Shown here: positions 47,144 through 56,956 of the stretch, piece after piece
Layout of the letters: each line of letters starts with the position of its first letter
Numbering within the stretch: the stretch's first letter is position 1
NCBI GenBank assembly: GCA_964535385.1
Contig: CAZHSY010000002.1
Location: 6,939 to 70,938 of the forward strand
Direction: 5' to 3'
DNA length: 64,000 nt
Source: an uncultured Candidatus Saccharibacteria bacterium
Lineage (GTDB): Bacteria > Patescibacteriota > Saccharimonadia > CAILAD01 > GCA-016700035
The notes under the pieces: generated by a model
What the model was told of the DNA's origin: nothing
The model's input: only the letters and a program-made list of their open reading frames with translations
The model's database searches: none
Position numbers and translations under genes: made by a program

Positions 47144-49918
47144 CTAGGCTACACTGTTAGGGATATTATAAATTTGCATAATACGATTCATATCTACGCC
47201 ATTGCGCACTCCATTTGCGATACCGTCCATATTCTCAGCCAACTTATCGTTGCCAATGGTTCGTGCTCCGGCCCCAATAATCGTATTAAGTCTGTGTAAT
47301 TGGTCCAACGACATGCCCTTTGAAGCAGCATTATAAACTTGATCAAAATGTTCCGAACCGGCTTCTGCGGCAGCCTTAACTGCTGGGCTAGCGGCTGCAT
47401 GCATGGTCTCCCAATTCTGCACCATATTACCGGGGTTACGGCTAGCCATTCCCGCCCAGCGGTCAAAGTTGGGATCGTATTCGGCAGGTGGAGCCGTTGG
47501 TGGTTTCGGATCAACCGGCGGCTTGGGATTGCTGCCCCCACCGCCATGTTCGTGACGCATCCATTGGCCGATCAAAACAGCAGCCGTGCCAGTAGCAGCA
47601 CCAATCACCTTGGCACGGCGATTTGATTTAGCGTCGCTCGATACCCGCTCTTGCTGATCGCTTAATAAGCTACCAGCTACTTCAGCTGAAGCCCCAGCTT
47701 CACCACGCAAGACCGCCATAATACGATCTGGCCCCATCGGGTGGCGACGCATGAAGTTCTCAATATCGGCTTGGTAACGTTCCTGCATTGGGCCTTCGGC
47801 CACTTGTCCTTGCAGGATATTAACACCAGCATCTAGGCTCGCCTGGTCAGCACTATCAAGTGTATTGTACATGTTTTCAGTGGCTCGTCGGTCGGCGCGG
47901 TCGGCGCGCCAGCCATGCAAGCTATTCGTCACGCCCTCGCCAGCCATGTAGCCACCGACACCTCGCATACCAACTGCCGCCAAGCCTGCCGCTGTGCCTA
48001 GTGGCCCGGCCAAAGCGAATCCGGCTACACCTAGACCGATACCAATAGCCGCACGAGTCTTGGGGTACTTACGCCACTTATTCTTAAATTTCTGCGATAG
48101 CTTACCTTCTTTCAGCTCACTTTGGGCCTCCTCGATCCGGGTTCGAACAATCGCCAAGTCAATTGTCATAGCATTGGCCACATTAATCCGCATAGCTTCG
48201 GTGCTAACTCGAGCTTCTGCCTTACGCTGGTCACACTCGGCCATACCAGCCCGGTGCTCAGCAATATGCCGCTGCAAGCGACGAATTTGAACCTGCTTCA
48301 CGCCATCGGGCGAGTCACTGGCTTCAACTCGAGCAATCTCCTCTTCGTAACCATCAATCTCTGACTGAAAGCCCGCCTTAGCCTGATCAATCTCAGCTGG
48401 CAGCTGATCGAGTTGCGCCAAACGATAAGCCCAAGCACCGAGATACTCATTGTGTAATTGATCGAGCTTGCCCTGTTCTTGAACTAGGGTTTCAGCTCGT
48501 TTTTCACGACGCAGGTTCCATAACTTCTCGCGATTCTCTTTGGCTTCAGCTACAGCTCTGATCTGGTCATCCAGACCTTCGCGCATGCCCTCGGCTTCAG
48601 ATAGTACATCGACTTGACTCGGCACTTTTGGAATCTCACCCAAAATGTGACCAGGTATTTCGACAACTTCCCCGACCGCTTCTGGAGTGATCCCAGGGCC
48701 CGGCTCGGTGGGCTCGCCGGCTTCGGGTGGCTCCGGCGAATCTTCTGGCGGTCGGCCTTCCACACCAAAATCATCCAGTGCCCACGGTTCATTACCCATA
48801 CCACCAGTCCCAACGCGCTCAGCATCGCCTGGTTCAGCCGGCCGAACATTAAGCTGTGACTCAGTGACGCCACCGGTAGCTGATGGCACTTCGGCAGCCG
48901 AAGCAGCTGGACGACCGTAAAAGGCCTCGATGTCATTTTCATTCACTATCCGACGCAGATCATCATCTTGATGCACCCGATCAAGAAACTCTGCCGGTTT
49001 TACAGGTTCGGGCTTGGCCGGCTCAGAGTCACCTGGTCGATCATAAAAATTGCCAGCTTCGCCGCTACTTAGCATATCTCTAAGCTGATCGCGCGTTGAG
49101 CTATCAAGCTTATCCCAAGGATCTTCAGTAGCCTGCGCACCTTCACCTGATTCTCGCATTGATTGATTTCCATTATTATCTTGAGTTATATCATAACTGC
49201 TTACGCTTCGGCCTGGCAAGCTCGGGGTTTGCGCCAGACTCCGTCTCAGATCAAGTTGCTTCTGAGTTGGGCCGAGTTCCTCGGGACGGTCGAAGCTCAG
49301 AGCCTCAGGGTCTGTCCGTCGCTCTTCCTCCAAACGCCAATCATCCGGATCGAAGTACCGACTCTCGCGCAATCGCTGCATATCCTGACCAGTGTGTTTA
49401 TGGCTACTAGATTTTGTCGATGTAGCCTGCGCCTCAACCGGCCTCGAGAGTACCTGGCGTCGCCAAAAGTCTTTCGGCACTGGCACTCGGCCAGCTTGAA
49501 CGAGTGTGGCTAATTCATCCAGCGCCAAGTACATAGCCTGCTCACCTACTTCAGGGTTCTCACGCTGCAATTGCCGACGCGCCTCATCGTAGCCAGTCAG
49601 CGCCACCAGTGCTTGCTTGATCTCACCGACTGGCTTCTCCTGCCAACGCCACTGGCCCTTAGGCGTATCCTTATCAATGGCCTGCACATCACCCTGCATG
49701 CCCGCCTCGAGCTCAGCCTTTTCAGCCTGTAACCCGGCCAAAAATGCCGGCAGGCCAATCTCTACTCCATCCGTATCGGCCTGTTCGCCATTAGCAATAC
49801 GCACCTCGACATCGCGGATATCACGCTCTACACGCCTAAGCTGCCGCGCCTGCTGTGACCAGCCAGATATCCCGTCAGACTGCTCGCCATGATAACCAAC
49901 TTCATGATTCTCTTTCAT
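47144..49918 (-). CDS. large coiled-coil membrane protein, unknown function
   Basis: start set at MKENHEV (49918) because the longer ORF overlaps the secA 3' end; about 600-aa charged coiled-coil, Gly-rich TM segment, about 280-aa C-terminal domain. Confidence 0.5.
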   Translation of the reverse strand: MKENHEVGYHGEQSDGISGWSQQARQLRRVERDIRDVEVRIANGEQADTDGVEIGLPAFLAGLQAEKAELEAGMQGDVQAIDKDTPKGQWRWQEKPVGEIKQALVALTGYDEARRQLQRENPEVGEQAMYLALDELATLVQAGRVPVPKDFWRRQVLSRPVEAQATSTKSSSHKHTGQDMQRLRESRYFDPDDWRLEEERRTDPEALSFDRPEELGPTQKQLDLRRSLAQTPSLPGRSVSSYDITQDNNGNQSMRESGEGAQATEDPWDKLDSSTRDQLRDMLSSGEAGNFYDRPGDSEPAKPEPVKPAEFLDRVHQDDDLRRIVNENDIEAFYGRPAASAAEVPSATGGVTESQLNVRPAEPGDAERVGTGGMGNEPWALDDFGVEGRPPEDSPEPPEAGEPTEPGPGITPEAVGEVVEIPGHILGEIPKVPSQVDVLSEAEGMREGLDDQIRAVAEAKENREKLWNLRREKRAETLVQEQGKLDQLHNEYLGAWAYRLAQLDQLPAEIDQAKAGFQSEIDGYEEEIARVEASDSPDGVKQVQIRRLQRHIAEHRAGMAECDQRKAEARVSTEAMRINVANAMTIDLAIVRTRIEEAQSELKEGKLSQKFKNKWRKYPKTRAAIGIGLGVAGFALAGPLGTAAGLAAVGMRGVGGYMAGEGVTNSLHGWRADRADRRATENMYNTLDSADQASLDAGVNILQGQVAEGPMQERYQADIENFMRRHPMGPDRIMAVLRGEAGASAEVAGSLLSDQQERVSSDAKSNRRAKVIGAATGTAAVLIGQWMRHEHGGGGSNPKPPVDPKPPTAPPAEYDPNFDRWAGMASRNPGNMVQNWETMHAAASPAVKAAAEAGSEHFDQVYNAASKGMSLDQLHRLNTIIGAGARTIGNDKLAENMDGIANGVRNGVDMNRIMQIYNIPNSVA

Positions 49919-49985
49919 TCCTCTTATGATAACAGAGTTCACTGGCGACAAAAACCGGCAACTCGTAGGAGGCTCAGTAGGACGC

Positions 49986-52619
49986 CTAGCGACGCTTCTT
50001 TTTCTTCTTCGGCTTTTTCTTAGTTGCCGTACTCGTCCGACGGATCGGGCCGCTACCGACGTGCGCACCCCTCTCGGCCGCTTTCTTGGCTCGCCGCACC
50101 TCAGCTTCGACTGTCGGCTTACCAGTCTCATCAGTGCCGATTGCCACAGCTTGCTGAGCCGCCTGCGTGATCTCAGTAGATATTTGTTGAACTGGCTGAG
50201 CTTCAAGCTCGACTTTAACCTTAAAGAGCGCATGCGTAATATCCGAATCGATCCGTCGCTCCAGCTCCTTAAACATCTGATAAGCCTCTTGCTTGTACTC
50301 TACGAGTGGATCCCGCTGACCATAACCACGTAAGCGAATACCGTCACGCATGTGCTCCATAGCTTCGAGATGCTCCAACCAAGCCGAATCGATGGTCTTG
50401 AGCGAAACCAGGCGCTCGATCACCATCACGCCCTCATCGCCAAATTCCATATAACGATTACGATAGACCTCTTCGGTAATATCCATAAACTGCTTAATGA
50501 TAGGCTCGGGATCAAGAATTTTTTGTTCCTTCTCCCAGTCCTTTGGCAATGGAATGACATCACGGACTCGTTCGGCCAACACGTCGATGTCAAGAATCTG
50601 GGTCTGATCATCAATAGCTGATTGCGCCAATACCTGATACTCTTCTTTAAAGAGCGGTATCAGATCATCCTTAATGGAGTCCTTCTTTAGAATCGATCGA
50701 CGACGACTATAGATAATCTCACGGTGCTGGTTCATGACGTCATCGTAATCCACCAAGTGTTTGCGAATATCGAAGTTATGACCTTCGACCTTCTTCTGAG
50801 CCGACTCAAGACTGCGGGAGACCATTTTGTTCTCGATCGGCGTATCCTCGGAGAGCCCAAGAGCCTCCATCATGCCAGCAATCCGTTCCGAGCCAAAGAT
50901 CCGCATCAGATCATCATCGAGTGAGACATAGAACTGCGAGCTCCCAGGGTCACCCTGACGACCAGCCCGACCGCGCAGCTGGTTATCAATCCGGCGTGAT
51001 TCATGGCGCTCGGTCCCAATCACGTGCAAGCCACCGAGTTCAGTTACACCTTCACCGAGGATGATATCGGTACCACGACCAGCAATGTTAGTGGCCAGTG
51101 TAACGGCCTCAGCTTGACCAGCCCGAGAAATAATCTCAGCTTCAGCCTCATTATTTTTAGCGTTGAGCACCGTGTGTTTAACGCCAGATTGAGACAACAA
51201 TCGCGACAGGAGCTCATTCTTCTCAATTGAGACCGTTCCGAGGAGAACCGGCTGCCCCTTCTCATGACGCTCCTTCACCTCGGCCACCACGGCCTGATAC
51301 TTACCCAGCTCCGTCTTATAGATACGATCCGCCAAATCCTCGCGGATCATTGGCTTATTGGTTGGGATTGTCACCACATCCAATTCATAAATCTTGCCAA
51401 ATTCCTCAGACTCAGTCACAGCTGTACCAGTCATGCCGGCTAGTTTCGCGTAGAGACGAAAGAGATTCTGGAATGAGATCGTAGCTAGTGTCTGACTTTC
51501 CTGCTGAATCTGAACCCCTTCCTTGGCCTCGATGGCTTGATGGAGACCTTCTGAATAGCGACGGCCTGGCAAGAGACGGCCGGTGAACTCATCGACGATC
51601 ACAATCTCGCCATCCTCAGCCACGACGTAATCGCGATCTTTCAGGAAGAGCGCCTGCGCCTTGAGAGCGGCTTCAATGTGATGCACGTCTTCGATCATGC
51701 CAGCTTCATAGACATTGTCGACCCCAAGCGCCTTCTCAACCTTCGTAATGCCGGCCTCAGTCATACTGACCGCTTTATCTTTCTCATCAAGCGTGTAGTC
51801 ATCCCCTGACTTGAGACTGCGAGCGATCTTGGCAAAATCATAGTACCGACCAGTTGGCTTAGAGTGCGGCTGCGAGATAATCAGCGGCGTACGAGCTTCA
51901 TCGATCAGGATTGAGTCGACTTCATCGATGATGGCGTAGTGAAGTTTGCGTTGTACCATCTGGTCCAGATGCTGCACCATATTATCGCGTAAGTAGTCGA
52001 AACCAAATTCATTATTAGTGCCATAGGTAATATCGGCGGCGTAAGCTTCCTTACGACCCACTGGGCGAAGATGCTGCAAGCGCTCGTCGCTATGAGCTTC
52101 ATCACTATAATCCGGGTCATACAAGAATGACGAGTCGTGCATGATGACCGCCGTTGAGAGACCCAGGAAGTGATAAACCTTACCCATCCAGCCGGCGTGG
52201 AGTCGAGCTAAGTAGTCGTTGACGGTTACCAAATGCGCCCCCTCTCCCTCGAGTGCGTTAAGATAGAGTGCCGGAGTAGCCACCAAGGTCTTACCTTCAC
52301 CAGTTTTCATTTCCGCAATGCTGCCTTGATGCAGGACAACCGCACCAATCAGCTGCACATCAAAGTGGCGCATACCAAGCTGTCGCCGGCTAGCCTCACG
52401 CATCACGGCAAAAGCGCGATCTAGCAGATCATTCAGCTTCTTGCCATCGGCCAATTGCTTCTTAAAAGTTGCCGTCTCAGCCTGCAGCTGCTTATCGGTC
52501 AATTTTTTAATTTCGGATTCGAGTTTGTTGATAGCCTCAACCCGCGCGCGGGCCTTGCGGACCTCACGCTCATTCGGATCACCCAATAATTTCTTTAAAA
52601 CATTGACCATCGTATGCAT
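49986..52619 (-). CDS. secA: preprotein translocase ATPase SecA
   Basis: 877 aa; DEAD-like motor motifs; C-terminal basic tail [11 protein letters not shown]. Confidence 0.92.
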   Translation of the reverse strand: MHTMVNVLKKLLGDPNEREVRKARARVEAINKLESEIKKLTDKQLQAETATFKKQLADGKKLNDLLDRAFAVMREASRRQLGMRHFDVQLIGAVVLHQGSIAEMKTGEGKTLVATPALYLNALEGEGAHLVTVNDYLARLHAGWMGKVYHFLGLSTAVIMHDSSFLYDPDYSDEAHSDERLQHLRPVGRKEAYAADITYGTNNEFGFDYLRDNMVQHLDQMVQRKLHYAIIDEVDSILIDEARTPLIISQPHSKPTGRYYDFAKIARSLKSGDDYTLDEKDKAVSMTEAGITKVEKALGVDNVYEAGMIEDVHHIEAALKAQALFLKDRDYVVAEDGEIVIVDEFTGRLLPGRRYSEGLHQAIEAKEGVQIQQESQTLATISFQNLFRLYAKLAGMTGTAVTESEEFGKIYELDVVTIPTNKPMIREDLADRIYKTELGKYQAVVAEVKERHEKGQPVLLGTVSIEKNELLSRLLSQSGVKHTVLNAKNNEAEAEIISRAGQAEAVTLATNIAGRGTDIILGEGVTELGGLHVIGTERHESRRIDNQLRGRAGRQGDPGSSQFYVSLDDDLMRIFGSERIAGMMEALGLSEDTPIENKMVSRSLESAQKKVEGHNFDIRKHLVDYDDVMNQHREIIYSRRRSILKKDSIKDDLIPLFKEEYQVLAQSAIDDQTQILDIDVLAERVRDVIPLPKDWEKEQKILDPEPIIKQFMDITEEVYRNRYMEFGDEGVMVIERLVSLKTIDSAWLEHLEAMEHMRDGIRLRGYGQRDPLVEYKQEAYQMFKELERRIDSDITHALFKVKVELEAQPVQQISTEITQAAQQAVAIGTDETGKPTVEAEVRRAKKAAERGAHVGSGPIRRTSTATKKKPKKKKKRR

Positions 52620-52654
52620 CCCCTCAAAAATAACATCTCAAAAGATTAACCTAT

Positions 52655-52740
52655 CAAGTATATCAGATTAGGAATTAGAGTTTAGAAGTTAGAAGCTAGG
52701 AATTAGCGAGCCTAACTCCTAGCTTCTAGTACTTGATCTC
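52655..52740. repeat. second intergenic repeat family (looser copy)
   Basis: ttaggaattagagtttagaagttagaagctaggaattagcgagcctaactcctagcttctag. Confidence 0.3.
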
Positions 52741-53087
52741 TAATCAGTCTCCAGACTGCGCTTGAGTGTAAACCGGCGTGGCTGAGATTTAACTTTATAC
52801 TCACGGATCTGGTGCTTAAGCTTAGCTTCAACTACGTCAACTGCGCTGTGTGGATTAATCGTCGCTGTCTCAGCCACCATTGTCGCGCCGCGGACTTCTA
52901 CTTTGGCTAGCACTCGATAACGCTTGGCCGGCTCAGCCGTCTCCTGGCGCTCAACTTCAATCTGCATACTCGTCGGTTGATGCTGGCGAGGAAAATACCT
53001 ATCGAGCTTGGACAGCTTACGCCCTATGTAGTCCTGCAATTCAGCTTCGACTTCGTACTTCCGGCCAGTAATAGTAGTAGCTATCAT
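52740..53087 (-). CDS. hpf: ribosome hibernation promoting factor (HPF/RaiA family)
   Basis: 115-aa sigma-54-modulation/YfiA fold pattern; 4-bp overlap with serS. Confidence 0.75.
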   Translation of the reverse strand: MIATTITGRKYEVEAELQDYIGRKLSKLDRYFPRQHQPTSMQIEVERQETAEPAKRYRVLAKVEVRGATMVAETATINPHSAVDVVEAKLKHQIREYKVKSQPRRFTLKRSLETD

Positions 53088-54316
53088 AGTGTCTCCCTCC
53101 CATAGTAGTGCGCAACGGCTTTCGGTAAACGAATACTGCCATCGGCTTGTTGATGGTTTTCGATAACGGCAATCAATGTCCGGCTACTCGTCACAGCCGT
53201 ACCATTGAGTGTATGGGCGAACGCCAGACTACCGTCAGCTTGTTTATAACGGATGCTTAACCGTCGCGCCTGGTAATCTGTGCAGTTACTGCAGCTGGTC
53301 AGTTCGCGCCAGGTCTCGTCACTGGGACTCCAGTACTCGATATCGTATTTACGGAAGGCTGGCGCTGATAGATCGCCGGCCGCAATCCGAACGACCCGAT
53401 ACGGTATCTCCAGAGCCGCACAGATCTTCTCCTCAACTACCAGAATCTTCTCCAGCAGCGCCGCGCTCTCCTCAGGGGTTGTATAGGCATACATCTCGAG
53501 CTTCTCAAACTGATGCACTCGGAAGAGGCCTTTGGCAAACTTACCGTAGGTACCAGCCTCCAGACGATAGCAAGGCGAGACTGCCGCCCAGAGAATTGGT
53601 TGGTCGGCTCGTAGAGGTAAGACCGTGTCCATGTAACGGCCAGTCAATGGCAATTCAGCCGTAGCGATCAAGTTCAGATCTTCGTCTTCGACCTTATAAA
53701 TCTGACGCTCCTCACCACGTGGCAAGAAGCCGGTTCCAGCCGCCACTGCCGAGTTCACCATGTGCGGCACCATGCTCATCTGGAAACCAGCCTCGCGTAC
53801 AGCTTGCTTGGCCACCTGTTCAATCGCATCCCACAGTGCTGCACCATTATCGTTTAAGTAATAGAAGCGACTTCCGGCGACTTTGGCGCCGTCCTCGAAA
53901 TTCACAAAGTCTAGCTTCTGGTTCAGCTCCAAGTGATCCTTGACGGCGAAGCCAAAACTTGGCTTCGTGCCACCTTGCTTGATTTCCTGATTGGCTTCCT
54001 CGCCACCATCGGGTGTGCCCTCATCAATCATATTGGGCAAATCTTCCCATAGACTGCGCCACTCCTTCTCGATGTAGGTCAGCTCTTCCTCGTGTTGTTT
54101 GAGCTTCTCTTTTGTAGCCTGCAGAGCCGTCACTTGCTCCTGGGTTGGCTTGCCGGTTAGCTTCAAGCTCCCCCGCAGCTGCTCGACTACCGGGATCAAC
54201 TCCGAGCGACGGGTATCGAGTTTTTGCCAGCGATCCAGAGCTACATGCATACCGCGGCGCTTGACCGAAGCCAAGACTTCATCTGGATGTTCACGCAGTA
54301 TAGTTAGATCAAGCAT
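53084..54316 (-). CDS. serS: seryl-tRNA synthetase
   Basis: N-terminal coiled-coil arm; class II motifs FRVHQFEKLEMY and GSGLAVGR-type C-terminus. Confidence 0.9.
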   Translation of the reverse strand: MLDLTILREHPDEVLASVKRRGMHVALDRWQKLDTRRSELIPVVEQLRGSLKLTGKPTQEQVTALQATKEKLKQHEEELTYIEKEWRSLWEDLPNMIDEGTPDGGEEANQEIKQGGTKPSFGFAVKDHLELNQKLDFVNFEDGAKVAGSRFYYLNDNGAALWDAIEQVAKQAVREAGFQMSMVPHMVNSAVAAGTGFLPRGEERQIYKVEDEDLNLIATAELPLTGRYMDTVLPLRADQPILWAAVSPCYRLEAGTYGKFAKGLFRVHQFEKLEMYAYTTPEESAALLEKILVVEEKICAALEIPYRVVRIAAGDLSAPAFRKYDIEYWSPSDETWRELTSCSNCTDYQARRLSIRYKQADGSLAFAHTLNGTAVTSSRTLIAVIENHQQADGSIRLPKAVAHYYGRETL

Positions 54317-54353
54317 ATGCCCTCTTTCTTAATAGCTTTATTTTACACGAGTT

Positions 54354-55901
54354 TTATTGATCTCGGCGGAGTCGGGACAGAACAAAATCACGATCGAGTG
54401 TCGCCAGGAAGGGCCCGAGCTTTGGTCCGTGATCCTGGCTCAGGAAAAGCTGATAGAGCAACTGAAAGGCATCTTTTGGAGCCATTGACTGCTCTTTAGC
54501 AATTGTAAAAATAGCCGACTGGAGCTCTTCGCCAGTCCATTCACCTGCCTCAGCCGTCGTAGCCAATGCTTCCAGATACTGCACCTGAGGTCCAGCTGGT
54601 TGAATAGTGACATCAGACAGGCTTTCCTGCACCTTAAAGATCACTGAGGCTGGAGCGTAATTATCAAGCCAGTTTTTGACATAGGCAAGCTCATGCTTGA
54701 GAGCCGCCCCTTCATCTGTATTGGCCGGCTGCCAGTTGAGCTTGGCCAGCAATTCAAGCACTCGTTGCCAGTCTCCGCGAGCTGTCTGGTACACCATGAC
54801 TAAGTGTCCAAATGGCGCAGTCGAGAGACGCGACTCACCGCCAACATCGGCGGCAAATTTATAGGCATCCTGGAATTCATGACTCTCGCCAGCCTGCACG
54901 GCTTGCATGGCCGCTTTGTATTCGTTCACGAGATTGTAAAAACCGAGGCCAGAATCGAAGTAAATGGTTTTTTCGGGTCGTGATCGGACAACAAAGTAAC
55001 GTAAGATCTCTGGCGGCATAATGTCCAGAGCCTGTCGCGGTGTGACGAGATTACCCTTCGATGAGCTCATCTTCTTAGTGTCACCCAACATGTGAATATT
55101 GCCATACTCGGCTCCAGGATATGGTGGCTCGTAGTGAAATACCTCGCGTGAGAATTCTTTGCCAGTGTCATAACTACTCCCAGCTGCACCGTGCTCCTGG
55201 TGACTAAACGGCTCGACCTGCACCCCGAGCTCTCGCCAGCGAGCTGGCCAGTCTAGACGCCAATTTAACTTAGCCCGGCCATTGAGGTAAGAGAAGCCGT
55301 TAATAGTTTGCGCTGCCTTATCCCAGGTCTCGACACGTCCCTGCTCGAAGATATCGTCGTCATTCAAAACCTGTACTGGCGACCAGTCATCTTCTAGCCG
55401 TCGATTCGATTTTGCAGCGAAGATGGCCTTAATAGCCTCGACTGCTCCAAGCGAGTCCTCTATCGCCTGTACCATGCGACCGGCTTTATACAGATCTTCG
55501 TAACTCTTAATAATTTTCGTCGGCTGCACCCCCATAGCTTGAGCTTGAGTCTTAAATTCATTAAAGAAATGATCAGCGTAAGAAATGTCTTCTGTCTCAT
55601 CAGGGCTCGGTATGAGGCAGATCGGCATCCCGACATAAGTCTCGAAGCGATCTGGCAAGAAATCATAGCGCTTGCGCAGTGGGTCAAAGTTATCAACCAC
55701 ATGCACATGCTCAGCCTCTCGACCCCGTTGGCGCACAGCCCAAGCTAATGCCTCTGTAGTCAGAATCTCGCGGAAGTGTCCGACATGGTAATTGGCTGAT
55801 GGCGAAATGCCCGACGAAATCACGATCTTGCCATCAGGAAAGCGCTCTATAATTTCTTCGGCGGCTCGATCGAGCCAATAGTTTGAAGTTGTATCTGTCA
55901 T
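54354..55901 (-). CDS. lysK: class I (archaeal-type) lysyl-tRNA synthetase
   Basis: SGISPSANYHVGHFRE (HIGH-type) and KMSSSKGN (KMSKS); about 515 aa. Confidence 0.7.
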   Translation of the reverse strand: MTDTTSNYWLDRAAEEIIERFPDGKIVISSGISPSANYHVGHFREILTTEALAWAVRQRGREAEHVHVVDNFDPLRKRYDFLPDRFETYVGMPICLIPSPDETEDISYADHFFNEFKTQAQAMGVQPTKIIKSYEDLYKAGRMVQAIEDSLGAVEAIKAIFAAKSNRRLEDDWSPVQVLNDDDIFEQGRVETWDKAAQTINGFSYLNGRAKLNWRLDWPARWRELGVQVEPFSHQEHGAAGSSYDTGKEFSREVFHYEPPYPGAEYGNIHMLGDTKKMSSSKGNLVTPRQALDIMPPEILRYFVVRSRPEKTIYFDSGLGFYNLVNEYKAAMQAVQAGESHEFQDAYKFAADVGGESRLSTAPFGHLVMVYQTARGDWQRVLELLAKLNWQPANTDEGAALKHELAYVKNWLDNYAPASVIFKVQESLSDVTIQPAGPQVQYLEALATTAEAGEWTGEELQSAIFTIAKEQSMAPKDAFQLLYQLFLSQDHGPKLGPFLATLDRDFVLSRLRRDQ

Positions 55902-55998
55902 AGTATATTCCTATCTTATAGTAACCTTGCCTTCATGAGAAACCAAAAGCCACCTGGGTTTGACTCAGGTGGCTTTGCTTCAAGTCGTCTGCTAGTAC

Positions 55999-56460
55999 TT
56001 AGCTAACTCTCTTGATCTTGTAGGTCATTGTACCGACTGGTACTTCGACTTCCACCTCTTCGCCCGGCTTACGGCCGAGCAATGCCTTACCGATCGGACT
56101 CTCGTTTGAGATCCGACCTTCTTGTGGATTAGCTTCGGTCGAGCCAACTATCTGGAAAGTCTGTTCGCCAGTCTCAAGCTCAACATGTACGGTCGAACCA
56201 ACCTGTACACTATCAGCCTGACCTGGCTCAATCGCTACAGCGTTCTTCAAGATATGTTCGATCTCGGCAATTCGACCTTCTATAAAAGCTTGGCGTTCTT
56301 TGGCATCATCCCAACTCGCATTTTCTGAGAGATCACCAAACTCCTTAGCTTCCTTGAGGGCCGATGCAATTTTCTTACGCTGAACCTGCACGAGATCATT
56401 CAGTTCTTCGCGTAGTTTCTGCAGACCTTCTTCAGTTACGAGAAATTCTTTCTTTGCCAT
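55999..56460 (-). CDS. greA: transcription elongation factor GreA
   Basis: 153 aa; N-terminal coiled-coil plus C-terminal FKBP-like domain. Confidence 0.85.
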   Translation of the reverse strand: MAKKEFLVTEEGLQKLREELNDLVQVQRKKIASALKEAKEFGDLSENASWDDAKERQAFIEGRIAEIEHILKNAVAIEPGQADSVQVGSTVHVELETGEQTFQIVGSTEANPQEGRISNESPIGKALLGRKPGEEVEVEVPVGTMTYKIKRVS

Positions 56461-56759
56461 AATTAGTTTCCTCCTTAAAAATCACCTGGCCCATGGAAAA
56501 ATCAATTCCCCAAGTAAAAAAGGCCCGCGGTGCAAGACCTTAATTTCCATTTTGATCCAGGTTGTAATCCTTTGGCTGGAAGGTATTATGGAGCATCACA
56601 ATCCCCCGGTCAAGCTATGTACTTTTTGGCTCCCATGCGACTTACTTCCGATGCACTGGGCGGGGCTAGTGCCTTGCCCAGTGCATCGGAAAGTAACCCG
56701 GCACTAGATGGAAGCGCGATGGCACTGGAGGTAAGAGACTGCGAAGGTCTTGTGTAGCT

Positions 56760-56950
56760 TGGCCTCCTTGACAATCCTATTGCAATGCCCAGCCACCCCC
56801 ACTCGGTACCCGATTGTCTCTCAGTAATACTGGTGAGTATTTCCTCTCAAGGAGCGCGAGGAAACGTATATATAATTACGCTGGTGAGCATTGGAGAGTA
56901 AAATGCTCACCAGCGCGCTGAAGACGAACGGCGCTCAGGACTCACCGACG
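56760..56950. repeat. dispersed intergenic element copy E6
   Basis: agtaatactggtgagtatttcctctcaaggagcgcgaggaaacgtatatataattacgctggtgagcat..atgctcaccagcgcgctgaagacgaacggcgct. Confidence 0.55.
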
Positions 56951-56956
56951 ATTCAA

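Noticed and set aside
47144-50233. 1029-aa version of the large coiled-coil ORF
   Set aside because: The N-terminal 105 codons overlap the 3' end of secA on the same strand in another frame and are Arg/Ser-rich junk. The start at 49918 (MKENHEV) avoids the overlap.
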